DNA from: Octopus bimaculoides
Taxonomy: Eukaryota
DNA length: 64,000 nucleotides
Assembly (NCBI RefSeq): GCF_001194135.2
Contig: NC_068986.1
Span: 71,514,785 to 71,578,784 of the forward strand
Reading direction: 5' to 3'
A program made the position numbers and the translations under genes. The notes beneath the pieces are model-generated. The model was not told where the DNA came from and did no database searches. It saw only the letters and a list, made by a program, of their open reading frames with translations. Of this stretch, positions 11,674 to 23,829 are shown piece by piece; within the stretch, counting starts at the first letter, position 1, and every line of letters begins with the position of its first letter.

Positions 11674-12566
11674 ACCTACTAGGAACACGAAACAGAGGCT
11701 ACTCCTCTCCTTCATGCACTAATACAACATTTAACTAGTGAGGTCATTGCTTAGATAAAGTTATACTGCTTTACATTAATTCTATTTCTATTTTCATTTT
11801 ATCTCTATTCTTGTTTACATAATTATCTATTTATAAATAAACGAGGACTTGCATATTCATCCTTAATACGTTCTGGCAGATTCGAAAGTAAATATGCTAA
11901 TTACAGTCTTGTTCGTCACATGTAACTTCCTTACAACGGCTGTGTTCATAACATTTTCGATTCATGTGTGCAAGGGATTCTGGAATACCGATTTTCCAAC
12001 ATGTGCCTCATCAGCCTAAAGTATCCAGATTAACGTAACTGACAAGGGCCGATGGCTCTGTTTACAATTTCGACGAACAAAATCTTCGCAGATTTATACT
12101 GATACTTGCTAACCGATAATGAATCGTCATTTGCACGGTGAACAGCTAGAATCGCGTCGATAATTAATACATGACGGTCATTTGAGTATGATGACGATAC
12201 GACAGATTCGAAGGCAAGTATACTAATCACTCGTGTTCATCGCAGAACAGCTTTTACAATGTTTTTGTGTTCATAACACTCCCGATTATGTATCCATAAC
12301 ACATACATATTGATATTTCCATACCTATACCAACTGCTGGTATCTCGCCAGCCATTTTTAGACCAAACAAATCAGACTTAAGCTGTGAAACATTATACAT
12401 GTTTCAGATCGCGTTCAAGAGAGTTTGTAAAAGAAAAGAGTAGTAAAAATTGAGTTTCTAATTAGAATATTTGTTTCTAAAACTTTTTACGCGGCAATCA
12501 ATGGAGTTGGCTAGCGTTACACATGAATAAATGTAGCAAAGCTATAGCCAACATATCATGTATATA

Positions 12567-12745
12567 AACGGTGAACTGGCAGAATCGTTAGTGCGCCGGG
12601 TAGAATGCTTAAGACATTTCGCCCATCTTCACATTCTGAGGTGAGCTTTGCCTTTCATCCTATTCGGTATCGATAAAATAAATATCATTTGAGTACTGAG
12701 GTCGATGTAATCTACTTACTCCCCATACTCAGAATAAGCTGGTCT
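12567..12745 (+). mobile_element. SINE family A, diverged with internal deletion
   Basis: CTGGCAGAATCGTTAG...TTTGCCTTTCATCC...GGTCGATGTAATC. Confidence 0.75.
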
Positions 12746-12769
12746 TTACTCATTCCCCACGAAGGGGGT

Positions 12770-13490
12770 TCTTGCTAAAGCTAGGATCATATCAGTAGAA
12801 ACCATTCTTATTAAGAATTAACCACGATGGGCAGGCCATCGCATCTTCATAGATGATGAGCATATTTCCAAACAAGTGTATTATGGAGAGCTTATGCTGG
12901 GAAAGAGAAGAAATAGTAAGTTGAGAAAAGATACAAAGACTCTTTAAAGTAATTTGAAATGCTTTAAATTATGTTACAAAAGTCTTGAATCACTTGCTGC
13001 AGTAGGGAAGGGTAGAGAGCTAGGATTTGAAGTAGTGTTAAAGATTTTGTGTTTGACAGAGCTGAAATGAAAAGAAATAAAAAGAAATTGCTGAAGTGAG
13101 ATTAATATGAATAGCGTTGTGAAAGTTTCTCATCCTTTCTTAAAACGTTATTTAAGTTCAAATTATACATATCTCGCGCTGGTATGAGATCGCACCAGCG
13201 TGCCCATATCGGTAAAGCATACATGAACTATTGGAATTTCATTCTGGATGACCAGTTTCATTGCAATGTCTGTAAAAAAAAAAAAACTTGCATGTCATGC
13301 AGAGGATTGAAGCGACACTTCAATAGTCATAATAAACAAGCGGAAAATAGAGCCAATTTTGAAATGAGGCTCCGCTGTAGAATATGGGATCAGCTCTTTA
13401 GATGCTTTTCAGGGAAAGAGCAAATACAGACACAAAAAAGGTCAAGCTCTAAAAAGGAACAGACAACCACCATAAAAAGGCACTGATGGT
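12770..13490 (+). mobile_element. RTE-clade LINE 3' fragment with C2H2-like C-terminus
   Basis: PRWAGH...KQVYYGELMLGKR...YKDSLK motif, then SRAGMRSHQRAH and CNVCKK..CMSCRGLKRHFNSH. Confidence 0.7.
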
Positions 13491-13590
13491 TGAGTGTGTG
13501 TGAACAAACTTTACTGAGTCATAAATTGAAGGTTACTTAATGTAATTTGTGCTATTGCTCCTAATGTTAACTCTCTCACTTTTGTTTTAG

Positions 13591-14340
13591 ACGTATCGAC
13601 AGCTCCACCATAACAATTCGAATCGAACATAATAATGAAAAACATGCCGTACTAATGCCTCAGGCTACCAACCCACGAGGATCTATCCACTTTCTGAACG
13701 TGGACAATTTTCAGGAATGAGTTGTGAGACAAGAAAGGATATACTCAGTGGCCAGATATTGCGATGACAGCCGAATTCCGGCAGCTCCAGCACATCGCCA
13801 GCACCAGCAGGTCGATAAAGGTGACCACCAAGCAGCTGAGGTGGCGAAGTCTACTACTAAATGGGAAGTGAACGGATTCATCAAGGAGAAATCGAGTGGG
13901 ATGACAGGATAATTTAGGTTCAGCAACACCAGGGACAATCGTAGTATTTCCACCATCATTTGACATTCGAACTCTTCTGATTCGACCCCTTCGTCTCCTG
14001 CATTTGTAGGGACTTCATCTGGGTAACTAGTGACTCCATAGTACCAAGAAATCTTTAGAGGATACCATTGTTGGAGGTGCATGGTACCACGTGATATTGG
14101 CATGTAGTCATTTCTGCGACTACATCAGGGTTAGCATCCAATTTGATGGTAGTTTTTTTTTGAATGCCCTGTTTTGGAAAAAGCTAGTTGAATGTACTTT
14201 TTTAAGGAGGTATGTTGTTTTCTTCTGTTTGCAACCTGTTTTTTCCTTGAACTTTTTTGTTCTGTATTACACATGATAAATTAATGGTTGGTATTTTTAT
14301 ATTTGATTGAAGATACTATAAAGACTAAACTATTAAAAAT
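13591..14340 (+). other. Candidate terminal exon of an unidentified transcript
   Basis: CTAAT branch-like site plus pyrimidine tract and TTTTAG at 13561-13590; 42 open codons to TGA at 13718; GC-richer body, T-rich tail, ATTAAA near 14333. Confidence 0.35.
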
Positions 14341-15599
14341 TTTTAGCGTCTAATTTCACAGAAGAAACCGATAAAAAGACTGTCTCATTGTAAAGAAGAG
14401 CAGTTGTTCTATCTATGGATTCTCGAATGAGGTAACGTTACTAAATTATTTTAAATTATCACTATGAGTACTAACATTTCTAATAACCAAATATTGCATG
14501 TTTCGTCGAACCCAGGAAAATAGAAAAAAAAAAAAGATGACTCGTCTTTAGAAATTTCAAATGTAAAGCAATGAAGAAATTCTAATATTTTTTTTACAAC
14601 AAAGATGTTATAAATATGGCTCTCTCAAACTTGTATTTATGAGTGTATAAATTACCAATCAAGTTTTCAGCCATCACTGGTATAATATATTGAAACATAT
14701 TTTTATGGTAAAATAATACAAACGATAAATTTTGATAAAATTTGCACACGATATTTACCAAGAATATTTCTATACATAAGAAAGAAGGAAAGTTATTTTG
14801 AAGAAAGATGACTTTGGAACACAGGGGAAAACATTTATTTCATACGAGAAGAGATCTATTTAAGTTGCATCAAAAAGCCATAAACAAAGATATTAAGTTA
14901 CATTCTGACGCGCATTAGATTTATAGAATAGTAAAATGTAATTAAAATATTCTAATGCTGAAATCATAGAATGTTTGTGGTCCAACATCTTATGAACAAT
15001 GTCTTTATATCCGAAATATTAACTGTCAGCTTATTTGTTCCTCAAATAGAAAGAACTGAATTCAACGATGTGTGGAAACTTGTGATCTCAAATGACGCAG
15101 CAACAAAAAAATTAAAAAAACAATTACAAAAAAAACGTTTAGTTGATGATGTTCCACTATGAACAACTTCCAGTACATATTGAACGAAACTATAATTAAT
15201 TGCCGCCTTTACTAAGAATGCTGTGTTGAAAAAAATCTATGATGTATAAAACTCAACATGAATACTAAAAAAAGACAGCGAAACTGTAAATTAGACAAGG
15301 GGCATAGTCATTGAATAAGTATGTTGCTTGAATTATAAAATATATTTAAATAAAATGTAACATAACTGAGTTAGTGTCCAATTTACACCTTTACATTTTA
15401 AAATACACGGGATTAAGTGACTTTAAACAGAATATTTTATCGACAGAGCGTATGTGTTTTAAAATTATTAGTGGGAGCTGATAAATATCGGCTGGGCAAA
15501 TTTTGCGTGAATGATATAATCAATAGCTTCGTAAGTTACAGAAATATATGTATATATTTTTTTCTATGAAATGAATTGCCTATCGCAAAAGCTATATAG

Positions 15600-15900
15600 A
15601 AAGCAATTTATACAAAGAAGAAAACAGGTGAAAACACGACATTACACAAGGATATTAATATAAAATATACTGGTGGAAAATCCCGAATAAAGAGTCTATA
15701 AAATACACACACAACAGGCCGGATATTGATTTTTGGAATACAGAACAAAAAGCTAAGTGTCGAGGAAACCAGCTGTGCTATAGACGGAAATATGACATCA
15801 AAATCAACGAATATGATAACTTTTATGGCTAATTAATACAAAATGTTAGCGTTTTTACTCATGCTATAGATTCATGTACCTAACATCATTAATGCAGTCA
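15600..15900 (+). mobile_element. R4/Dong-like REL fragment, highly degraded
   Basis: YWWKIPNKESIKYTHNRPDIDFWN...EETSC, homologous to 5150-5260. Confidence 0.6.
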
Positions 15901-16914
15901 ATGACGTCATTTTAATATTAATGACTGGAAGATAAAGGAGCAAAAACTAAATTACAACGATTAATTTTTTTTTATAAGTTCATCTCTCATACACGCATCT
16001 GTATATTCCTAATTGAGCTGTGAAGATATGTTCAAAACAACTCTGATAGAGTAGACAGTCCTGTTCGGAGATCCCTAGTCATTCATTTAATGACGGGCTT
16101 TCAGCATATTAAATACATTGTTAGATACATTTATGCGGACAAACGTTTACGCTATATCATCTGTACGAGTAAACATATTCTGTCTGCTCATCCCATTCGT
16201 CACTATATTTATAGATACAAGCATATTTGATAAATATATAAACTACTTGCATTCAAACATTTCCCAACAATCTGTACACGACTTGATTCTATTTTAGAAA
16301 AAAAAAAACTGACATTTTATAAGATCATGATTTCTTTGTTTTGAGAGAAAAACACTGAAGCAATCTACTTGGCTCTACTTAGAAAAAAATCACAAGCTAT
16401 CTGCATAGGATAACAGATGAATAAAATATGCCAGGCAACATTAAACGAAGAGTGTAAAACAGTATCATGCTGAGTGACACATTATTGATTTTCCGGCAGT
16501 GACTAACCTCCATAATAACATTGCCAAGAATGGCACGCTAGCGCATATTTTATTTATTTATTTGTTTATATATACATTTATTTATATTTATTTATTTATT
16601 TATGCATTGTTGAGATCGGATTAAAGCAAACACATAAACTAAGCAAATATTCGAAACTTTGCAGTATATGCATACACACAAATATGTATAAATCATCTAG
16701 CACACTCTGAGCGCTAGAATATATTTATGTCTGATCATGAGATATATTTAAATCTTATCAAATTGCCAAATATGAGTATATGTAGGCAAATTTGAAAGAA
16801 AGGTTATATGAGGACAAGAATATCTGCATTTATCTATGTAAAAACAACGCCATTATCTTAATACATTGCTAGCGCAATGTATAGATGTAACGTGACCGAA
16901 TGTTTAAGAAGTTT

Positions 16915-17005
16915 ATTCGCAATCAAGTGGCCTACATAGCATCTGGAGTCAACCAAAGTTTTGTGAGTGAAATCGTGCAGGCGGAAATTCTGTGCAAACC
17001 CATTG
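16915..17005 (+). mobile_element. SINE family B-like fragment
   Basis: CAAGTGGCCTAC.TAGC...CAACCAAAG.TTTGTGAGTGAAAT...GGCGGAAA. Confidence 0.4.
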
Positions 17006-17286
17006 GAGTGAACATATCCGTAATTCAAAGATTCAGCCTTGTCATGTATTGTAGAACGATAATTCTTCGCCGTTAAGGCTATAAGGGCGTGTGTGTTTGT
17101 GAAATACGCATCCACTTCACATGTTAATTCACAAAACAGGCAACGGATTCAGTCGATCAGTTGAATCCTTATCAAAATTGACAGGGATCTATTTGCTTTT
17201 TTACAGTATTTGTGAGTGTGTGTGTGAGTATGTGTGTGTGTTTGTTTGTTTGTTTGTATGTGTGTGTGTGTATATATATATATATG

Positions 17287-17344
<58 letters not shown>

Positions 17345-17959
17345 GATATATGTATGTTCATATAAATACCTAACATAATCATCTTTAGGTAAGGCAGATG
17401 CATGTTAAATTGTAGAAGACTTGTCTTTTACAACTACTCTCTGGAATCCCTGTTCGCCTTGATTTCCCAGAATTCTTTTGAATGTTTACTAGTTAGGTTT
17501 TCTCTTATAAAGTATTCATTAGATGAACTGAACAGCGTGCTCCCGGATAGATTATCTCTGTTGTACATGTGTCTACTTGGTGCAGTTTCCACTCAACCCC
17601 TGTTGCTAACGACAATCACCCTATATCGCTGACGTGTAGTGTTCTGACTAGAAAATTCCAGCATATTTAAACCCGCTTACGTTGCCAAACTCTCTATCGG
17701 CGAATGATTCAAGTTCTCTGATCCGTTTTGCAGAATATGTTCATTCAGTAAAGCTTTTTAGTGGTGTCGGGGTGCATTTTCTCAGTAACTCTTTCCTGTG
17801 AAAGAGAAAGCTCCCATGTCAAGAATTATTGAAGACAGCAGATACATCCTCCAAAGTGAAGGGGTATTCCGGAATTGCAGTTACCTTAAAAGTGACCAGC
17901 ATAAATTGTAAATTGTCATGCGATCTTACATGTCATAATGAGGAATCAGCAAACATGGG

Positions 17960-18500
17960 TCCAGATGAAATGAATTGAAAACGTGGTGTGCATGGTTGGC
18001 AACATTGGTACAGGATAGGAGAATATCAGAGAGCAGATACATAGGTCTATCGCAGACAATGAGAGGCCATGGGTACTGTTCATGAATTTTGGGGAGAAAG
18101 AATGTGGTGTGGGTTTGAAGCGATTGAATAAAAAAAAATTGGTTGTAGGAGATGAGCTACAGTACATTTATTAGTTAAACAAGACATTTATTATAGTGAA
18201 CCATGAAGAAAAGGTAAGTCCCTCTTATCAATGTCATTCTAAATGTACTGATATTCTTTTTGTGACCACACTATTGGTGTCTTTAAATGTAAGATACAAC
18301 GTAGTCTACAAATACAGCTGCGACATTGAATTGAGGAGTGTAAATAGCAAAATATGAATCCGCTCAGTATCAGGCAAATACGTGCCAACCTAGAGTCATT
18401 CATACAGATGTAATATACAAAGGCTGAGTGGTAACAGATGAGAAGAAAGGGGAATGGATACATTTTGCGTTCGTAGTTTATGTCCTGGTAAAGAGTTGAA
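17960..18500 (+). mobile_element. Probable RTE-clade RT remnant, highly degraded
   Basis: Traces resembling VGVHQGS (ggtgtgcatgg), PWELLY (ccatgggtactgttc) and GLKVN..KTKV. Confidence 0.35.
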
Positions 18501-19224
18501 GCATAGTTTGTCTAAGAGTCCATAGTTACTCTATTTGTTTGTGTATGTCTATCTATGTAAGTTTGCATGTGTGCGAATAAATATAAATATGTGTGTGTTT
18601 ATGTGCGTGCACGTGCTTGTCAACTTCATCTTCAAATATAATAATACATTTTCAATTTCTTTCACATGCTTTCTAGCAAGATAAAACTTATATAGTGCAG
18701 AATATGAGATAGGGTAAAGTCCAGAATCCTAGGAAATTGGTGGTGGTCTGCGGTGGCAAACACAGTCCTTAAGAGTGTCGATATAGTGTTTGAGTGAGAG
18801 TGGAGAACTTAACACTTCGAGCTCTTTCCCTTCGTTAAAAATTGAGGAATATATTTCTAAATTAGAATGACAATAAGTTAAAATTTTTATGATAGGGAAA
18901 TTATTTTCAATAATCCATTAGCTGGTTCCAAGTCTAGGCTAAAATGACTTCATCTACTGCACTAATGGTTTTCTGAAAACTATCAATGCAATGATCCCTA
19001 CGTTCTCTTCTATTACAGCTGTAAGTTATCATTTAGATTTCAGAAAGTATCGGTGAATATGTAGTTCATATGTAGTACACATCACTATATAATTTGAAGT
19101 GCATTACATTAAAACAGATTTGTCTCAAGTTTCTTGCATAATAAAATAACGTTAATTTGTTTTACACTCTCTATATACAGAGAAATGGCAGATGAGTTTT
19201 TTCTTATAGGTGTTTGCGGTGGTG

Positions 19225-19420
19225 GCGGCGGCAGGAGGAATCATTGTTATTTCTCCCACAGTTTCTATCAAGTACGGCCGTTATTCTGTTATATTTATGG
19301 ATTCATGTATTTGTTTTAACTTTGCATCATGTGCGTATATCGATGCAATTTTTATTTCCGTAAAATTCAGCATGCCATCATGTTTATCACTAGCATCCGG
19401 GTAGAGTACCGATAAAGCTT
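19225..19420 (-). mobile_element. Possible Penelope-like C-terminal remnant
   Basis: Minus frame KLKQIHESINITE*RPYL resembles the PLE K...E...I....P.LN terminus. Confidence 0.35.
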
Positions 19421-19637
19421 TCAATCACAAAATGAAATAAGTAGGAGAGGAGGAGACACAAGGGATAGAGGGTCACTGATAAGATTACAGGATGTGTAAC
19501 GAAAGAACTTTGACAGATGTATAAACCAAAAAATTAATACGAATAAAAACTAAAGTGAAGATAGAATAAATAGTGTATGTGTTTAATTTGCAAAAAGTGA
19601 CTCTCACCCTTTTTCAATTTCTATATTCCTGCTAATG

Positions 19638-20008
19638 TGGAGGCGCAATGGCCCAGTGGTTAGGGCAACGGACTCGCGGTCATAGGATCGCGGTTTCGAT
19701 TCCCAGACCGGGCGTTGTGAGTGTTTATTGAGCTTCACGAGGCTCCGGCAGGGGATGGTGGCGAACCCTGCTGTACTCTTTCACCACAACTATCTCTCAC
19801 TCTTACTTCCTGTTTCTGTTGTGCCTGTAATTCAAAGGGTCAGCCTTGTCACACTGTGTCACGCTGAATATCCCTGAGAACTACGTTAAGGGTACACGTG
19901 TCTGTGGAGTGCTCAGCCACTTGCACATTAATTTCACGAGCAGGCTGTTCCGTTGATCGGATCAACTGGAACCCTCGTCGTCGTAAGCGACGGAGTGCCA
20001 ACAAAAAA
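19638..20008 (+). mobile_element. SINE family C, full-length young tRNA-derived SINE with 13-bp target-site duplication (TSD)
   Basis: A-box TGGCCCAGTGG (19649-59), B-box GTTTCGATTCC (19693-703), A-rich tail, perfect TSD ATTCCTGCTAATG at 19625-37 and 20009-21. Confidence 0.95.
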
Positions 20009-20449
20009 ATTCCTGCTAATGCTTTTCCATTCTCAGACAGGCTACATGCGGTCTCATCTACATCCACCTTCTATATATTTCATCTGGTATGCCACAATTT
20101 TAGATTTGCAATTAATGTTCGGAGTCACATTAGTCCAGATGGTCCTATCAAAAAGGTATATCCTACTTTTCTGTGATTTACCTGGACTTTTAACTATCTT
20201 AATATTAAGTTTGTGCATCGCTAAGCTATTTCCTAAATTTATGGCGTAGCATCAATAAATATTACTCTTTGAAACTTCTCATCGATTGTACAACGTGTCT
20301 GCTTTACCTACTTTCAGACTAATTCTTCCAAGCTGATTCCATCATTTATTTCAATAGTGTTGTGGAAGGATTCCGACCACTCCTATGTCACTAAAGATGA
20401 ACTGTCCCATTGTTATAAATCAAAGAGCTGTGAGCGATTAGGAGTTCGA

Positions 20450-21433
20450 ATGGGCAGCAGTTCACTGCTTGTCGTGTTTTGATTTCGCTCATGTGTGAGT
20501 TGTTTTGTTAATTGGATTATTGTTGTTGATTTGCTGAGTTGTTGGATGGTGTGTTAAATTTGTGACTTTTTGAATTGTTGAACATTTTGTTTGGCTTCTC
20601 CATTTATGGGTGAAGTGGCGAACGGTGGAGGTGTGCAGGCCCAGACGGGCTACTGTGCTGCAGTGACGAGCGGGAGTCTGACGACCGGGCTTCTGCAAGT
20701 GCAGGAGCTGGAGGTGGGGTACAGGAATTTTGGGAGGTTTGACAGCCTGTTGAGGAGGGAGGGTGATTGCCTGGGGCTGGCACCACCAGGAGAGGTGGCG
20801 GAGAAGAAAGTGATAGCCTATCGAGCGCTGAATGTAGCAGCTGGAGGAGTTAAAGTTGCGAATGTCGAGGAGGTGGAAGAGTGTTTGAGGGACGTGAGAG
20901 ATGTAGTGGCGTTTTGCAGCAGAGGACGAGGGTATGGCACAGTGGAGGTGCGCTTCGTTAGTGGGGCAGAAAGCGAGGAAGTGCTCTACCATAACCTTGG
21001 GATCGGCGAAGAAGGCGCTCTTACCAACTTGCTGTGGAGGGCGCGCGACCGAAGTGGGAATGGGGAGGTGCCACTTGAAATTGGTGAAGACTGGCTAGTG
21101 GCGGCCATGCTGTGCAGTGCACGGGAGAGGGCCGAAATATTAGTGTCGAGGACAGCGGAGGTCGGAAGGTGGGAGTGTGGCCTAGAGGTCGTGGTTCGTA
21201 TTACCCTGCCTGACCTCCACAGAGTTGTGGAGGAGGTGGTATTGCCTGATGGGGCTGGGCTGAGAGTGGAGGTGGGGGTGGACCGCCAATATGTTTCGGA
21301 TGTGGTGTGGGGGGTCATAGAGGCGGGGTACCCCCAGAAGCAGGAACAGGTGGTGGAGGAGTGTCGGGAGGAAGAGGTGGATGAGGTGGTGGAAGGGGTG
21401 GTGGTGGTGGCTGAGGTTGGGGGAAGGGGGTGA
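20450..21433 (+). mobile_element. LINE ORF1/gag-like element 5' region
   Basis: TG-rich leader followed by a 280-codon purine-rich ORF with RRM-like beta motifs and a frameshifted knuckle PPICFGCGVGGH. Confidence 0.55.
20591..21433 (+). pseudogene. ORF1-like nucleic-acid-binding protein (L1/Tx1-like), near-intact
   Basis: Long open frame (GYGTVEVRF, EVPLEIGEDWLVAAM, LRVEV); a degenerate CX2CX4H knuckle lies in another frame near 21283-21320. Confidence 0.5.
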
Positions 21434-21442
21434 GGGTTTTGT

Positions 21443-21450
21443 GAGTGGTG

Positions 21451-21486
<36 letters not shown>

Positions 21487-21495
21487 AAGAGAGAG
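21443..21495. repeat. (GA)n microsatellite
   Basis: Directly visible. Confidence 0.9.
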
Positions 21496-22018
21496 ATTGG
21501 GGAAAGGAATAAAAATATTCTTATTGTTATTTATTCATTTTTATATATTTTATATTCTCTATATTTTATACTTTTTATATTTTTAATTTTAATTTTCTTC
21601 TTATTTTTACCCTCTTAACACTATCTTATTTTTTTATTCCTTACTCCTATTTGTCTTTCTCTCTTTCTACTCTCTCTCATACATCCACTCACAAACCCAT
21701 TTATGTCCATCATACTTTCTCGCTCTATATACACGTTTACAATATGAATACAACATTCAGAATACTGCCAAAATACTGCCTGGATTTACCCGGGATTTTA
21801 ACCAAAAACCTATACTTTAATGGAAGTACCGATTAACATCCATATCTTCTGGAAAAAAATGAGCTGTGAACATTATTCTCCTGCCTATATTTTTCTAACT
21901 ACTTTTACAATTTATTCTTCTATTTTACTTCTTTATTCTTTTATTTTATTCCTTATAAGCTGTGAATTCTATTCGATGTAAACTGTAAATTTTCCCCTGT
22001 CTAAAATATTCATACCTT

Positions 22019-22093
22019 GTCTCTGACGGAATACCCAGTACACGGACATGCTAACCTACCACTTGGGTTATCCCAGAAAAAGGGCTGTAAGAC
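22019..22093 (+). ncRNA. Degenerate type-I hammerhead-like motif
   Basis: GTCT-CTGACGG-(ACCCAG...TTGGGT stem II)-GAAA..GCTGTA-AGAC; stem I GTCT/AGAC; core deviations present. Confidence 0.35.
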
Positions 22094-22164
22094 TTCAAAT
22101 TCACTTTACCCTAATTAAATTATTCTAAATGACTTGAGACACTCGTTCTGCCTTGGTTCATCTA

Positions 22165-22795
22165 ATATATATACTCTTTACTCTTTTACTTGTTTCAGTC
22201 ATTTGACTGTGGCCATGCTGGAGCACTGCCTTTAGTCGAGCAAATCGGCCCCAGGACTTATTCTTTGGAAGCCTAGTACTTATTTTATCGGTCTCTTATG
22301 CCGAACCGCTAGGTTACGGGGACGTAAATACACCAGCATCGGTTGTCAAGCGATGTTCGGGGGACAAACACAGACACGCAAACATACACACACACACACA
22401 TATATATATATATANNNNNNNNNNNNNNNNNNNNNNNNNNNNNNNNNNNNNNNNNNNNNNNNNNNNNNNNNNNNNNNNNNNNNNNNNNNNNNNNNNNNNN
22501 NNNNNNNNNNNNNNNNNNNNNNNNNNNNNNNNNNNNNNNNNNNNNNNNNNNNNNNNNNNNNNNNNNNNNNNNNNNNNNNNNNNNNNNNNNNNNNNNNNNN
22601 NNNNNNNNNNNNNNNNTATATACATATATAAGACGGGCTTCTTTCAGTTTCCGTCTACCAAATCCACTCACAAGGCTTTGGTCGGCCCGAGGCTATAGTA
22701 GAAGACACTTGCCCAAGGTGTCACGCAGTGGGACTGAACCCGGAACCATGTGGTTGGTAAGCAAGCTACTTACCACACAGCCACTCCTACGCCTA
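22165..22795 (-). mobile_element. SINE family B, full length with N gap in the internal microsatellite
   Basis: Strong reverse-complement match to 9630-10010. Confidence 0.92.
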
Positions 22796-23454
22796 TATAT
22801 ATATATATATAATATGTGTGCATTTGTGAGAAAAACTGCGTTTGTATACACATTCCTGATTCTATTATTCCATTACGATATGCATAATAATGAAAAGCAC
22901 AGAAATCGTAGAAATTTAGCAATATATGACGTGTCAAAAAGAAAAAAAGCAACAACGAGGAGGATCGTACAAGCTGATGCCCACACATGACTGCGAACGC
23001 ACATGAACGCATACACATATCCGCACATTTTGCTCACACAGTCAATAAATATAACAATTAAAAAATATCCACAACAGCACCCCACTTGCCTCCACTCACG
23101 CACATTCACTCACCTATACACTCACGCACATCTTTAGATATATAAATATAGTTAACAAAATATTTGTCGACAACGAGACAGATCTAGAGTAACGAGTGTA
23201 TGTCAATGATAAGGTCGTAAATGGCGACAAAAGGATTGAGAAACGAAACCAGCTGATTGGTTAATTGATCAAATGATGCAAATTGCTAAAATGAAGGCAC
23301 GCACATACGTGTATGCACATTTACATGCACATTACCTAATAATATATTATAGATTGGTGAACATGAACGTCACTTACATGTAATACATAGATGTACATAT
23401 TCAGCAATCGGCTATTTAATTTGCTTATTGATTAATGTATCGATCAAATAAAAA

Positions 23455-23459
23455 TATTA

Positions 23460-23495
<36 letters not shown>

Positions 23496-23729
23496 CTAAA
23501 CATCCTCAAAAAAATCCTAGGATTAAGATTTTGAGATTGGTACTCAGATGCTGAATGTTTCCTGCAATAATTCACAACCAAGTATCAAAGCTTACAGTGA
23601 GACCTTGTGAGATCTCTGACAGCAGCCTGCAGTCAGCTCCAATAGAGTCTACCAGAACAAGCAAGACAGAAGGTTCTGAGAAGTAAAACGATAATAATAA
23701 TTATAATAATGATGATGATGATGATGATG

Positions 23730-23763
<34 letters not shown>

Positions 23764-23773
23764 TAATAATAAT
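23455..23773 (+). repeat. (TAA)n arrays flanking a short R4-like 3' tip (23497-23690)
   Basis: TAA run, then HILRKVL-like aaacatcctcaaaaaaatcctagg plus UTR, then TAA/TGA run. Confidence 0.7.
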
Positions 23774-23829
23774 ATCAGAGATATCAGAGATGATAAAACA
23801 ATAATGTCAATGATATCAGAGATGATAAA

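Noticed and set aside
13592-13720. Faint resemblance of IRIEHNNEKH to a PB1-domain start
   Set aside because: Only a few residues match and the frame stops before the rest of the domain; no gene symbol is justified.
19476-19505. CTGATAA-G-ATTACA..TGTAAC-GAAAG hammerhead-like motif
   Set aside because: G8 is missing, there is no stem III or cleavage triplet, and it lies opposite to the adjacent PLE-like remnant.
19638-19710. tRNA-like sequence with A and B boxes
   Set aside because: It is the head of a SINE: it continues into a 300-bp body, has an A tail and TSDs, and lacks a proper acceptor stem.
20489-21318. Minus-strand ORFs of 167 and 110 aa
   Set aside because: Antisense shadows of the purine-rich plus-strand ORF1-like frame.
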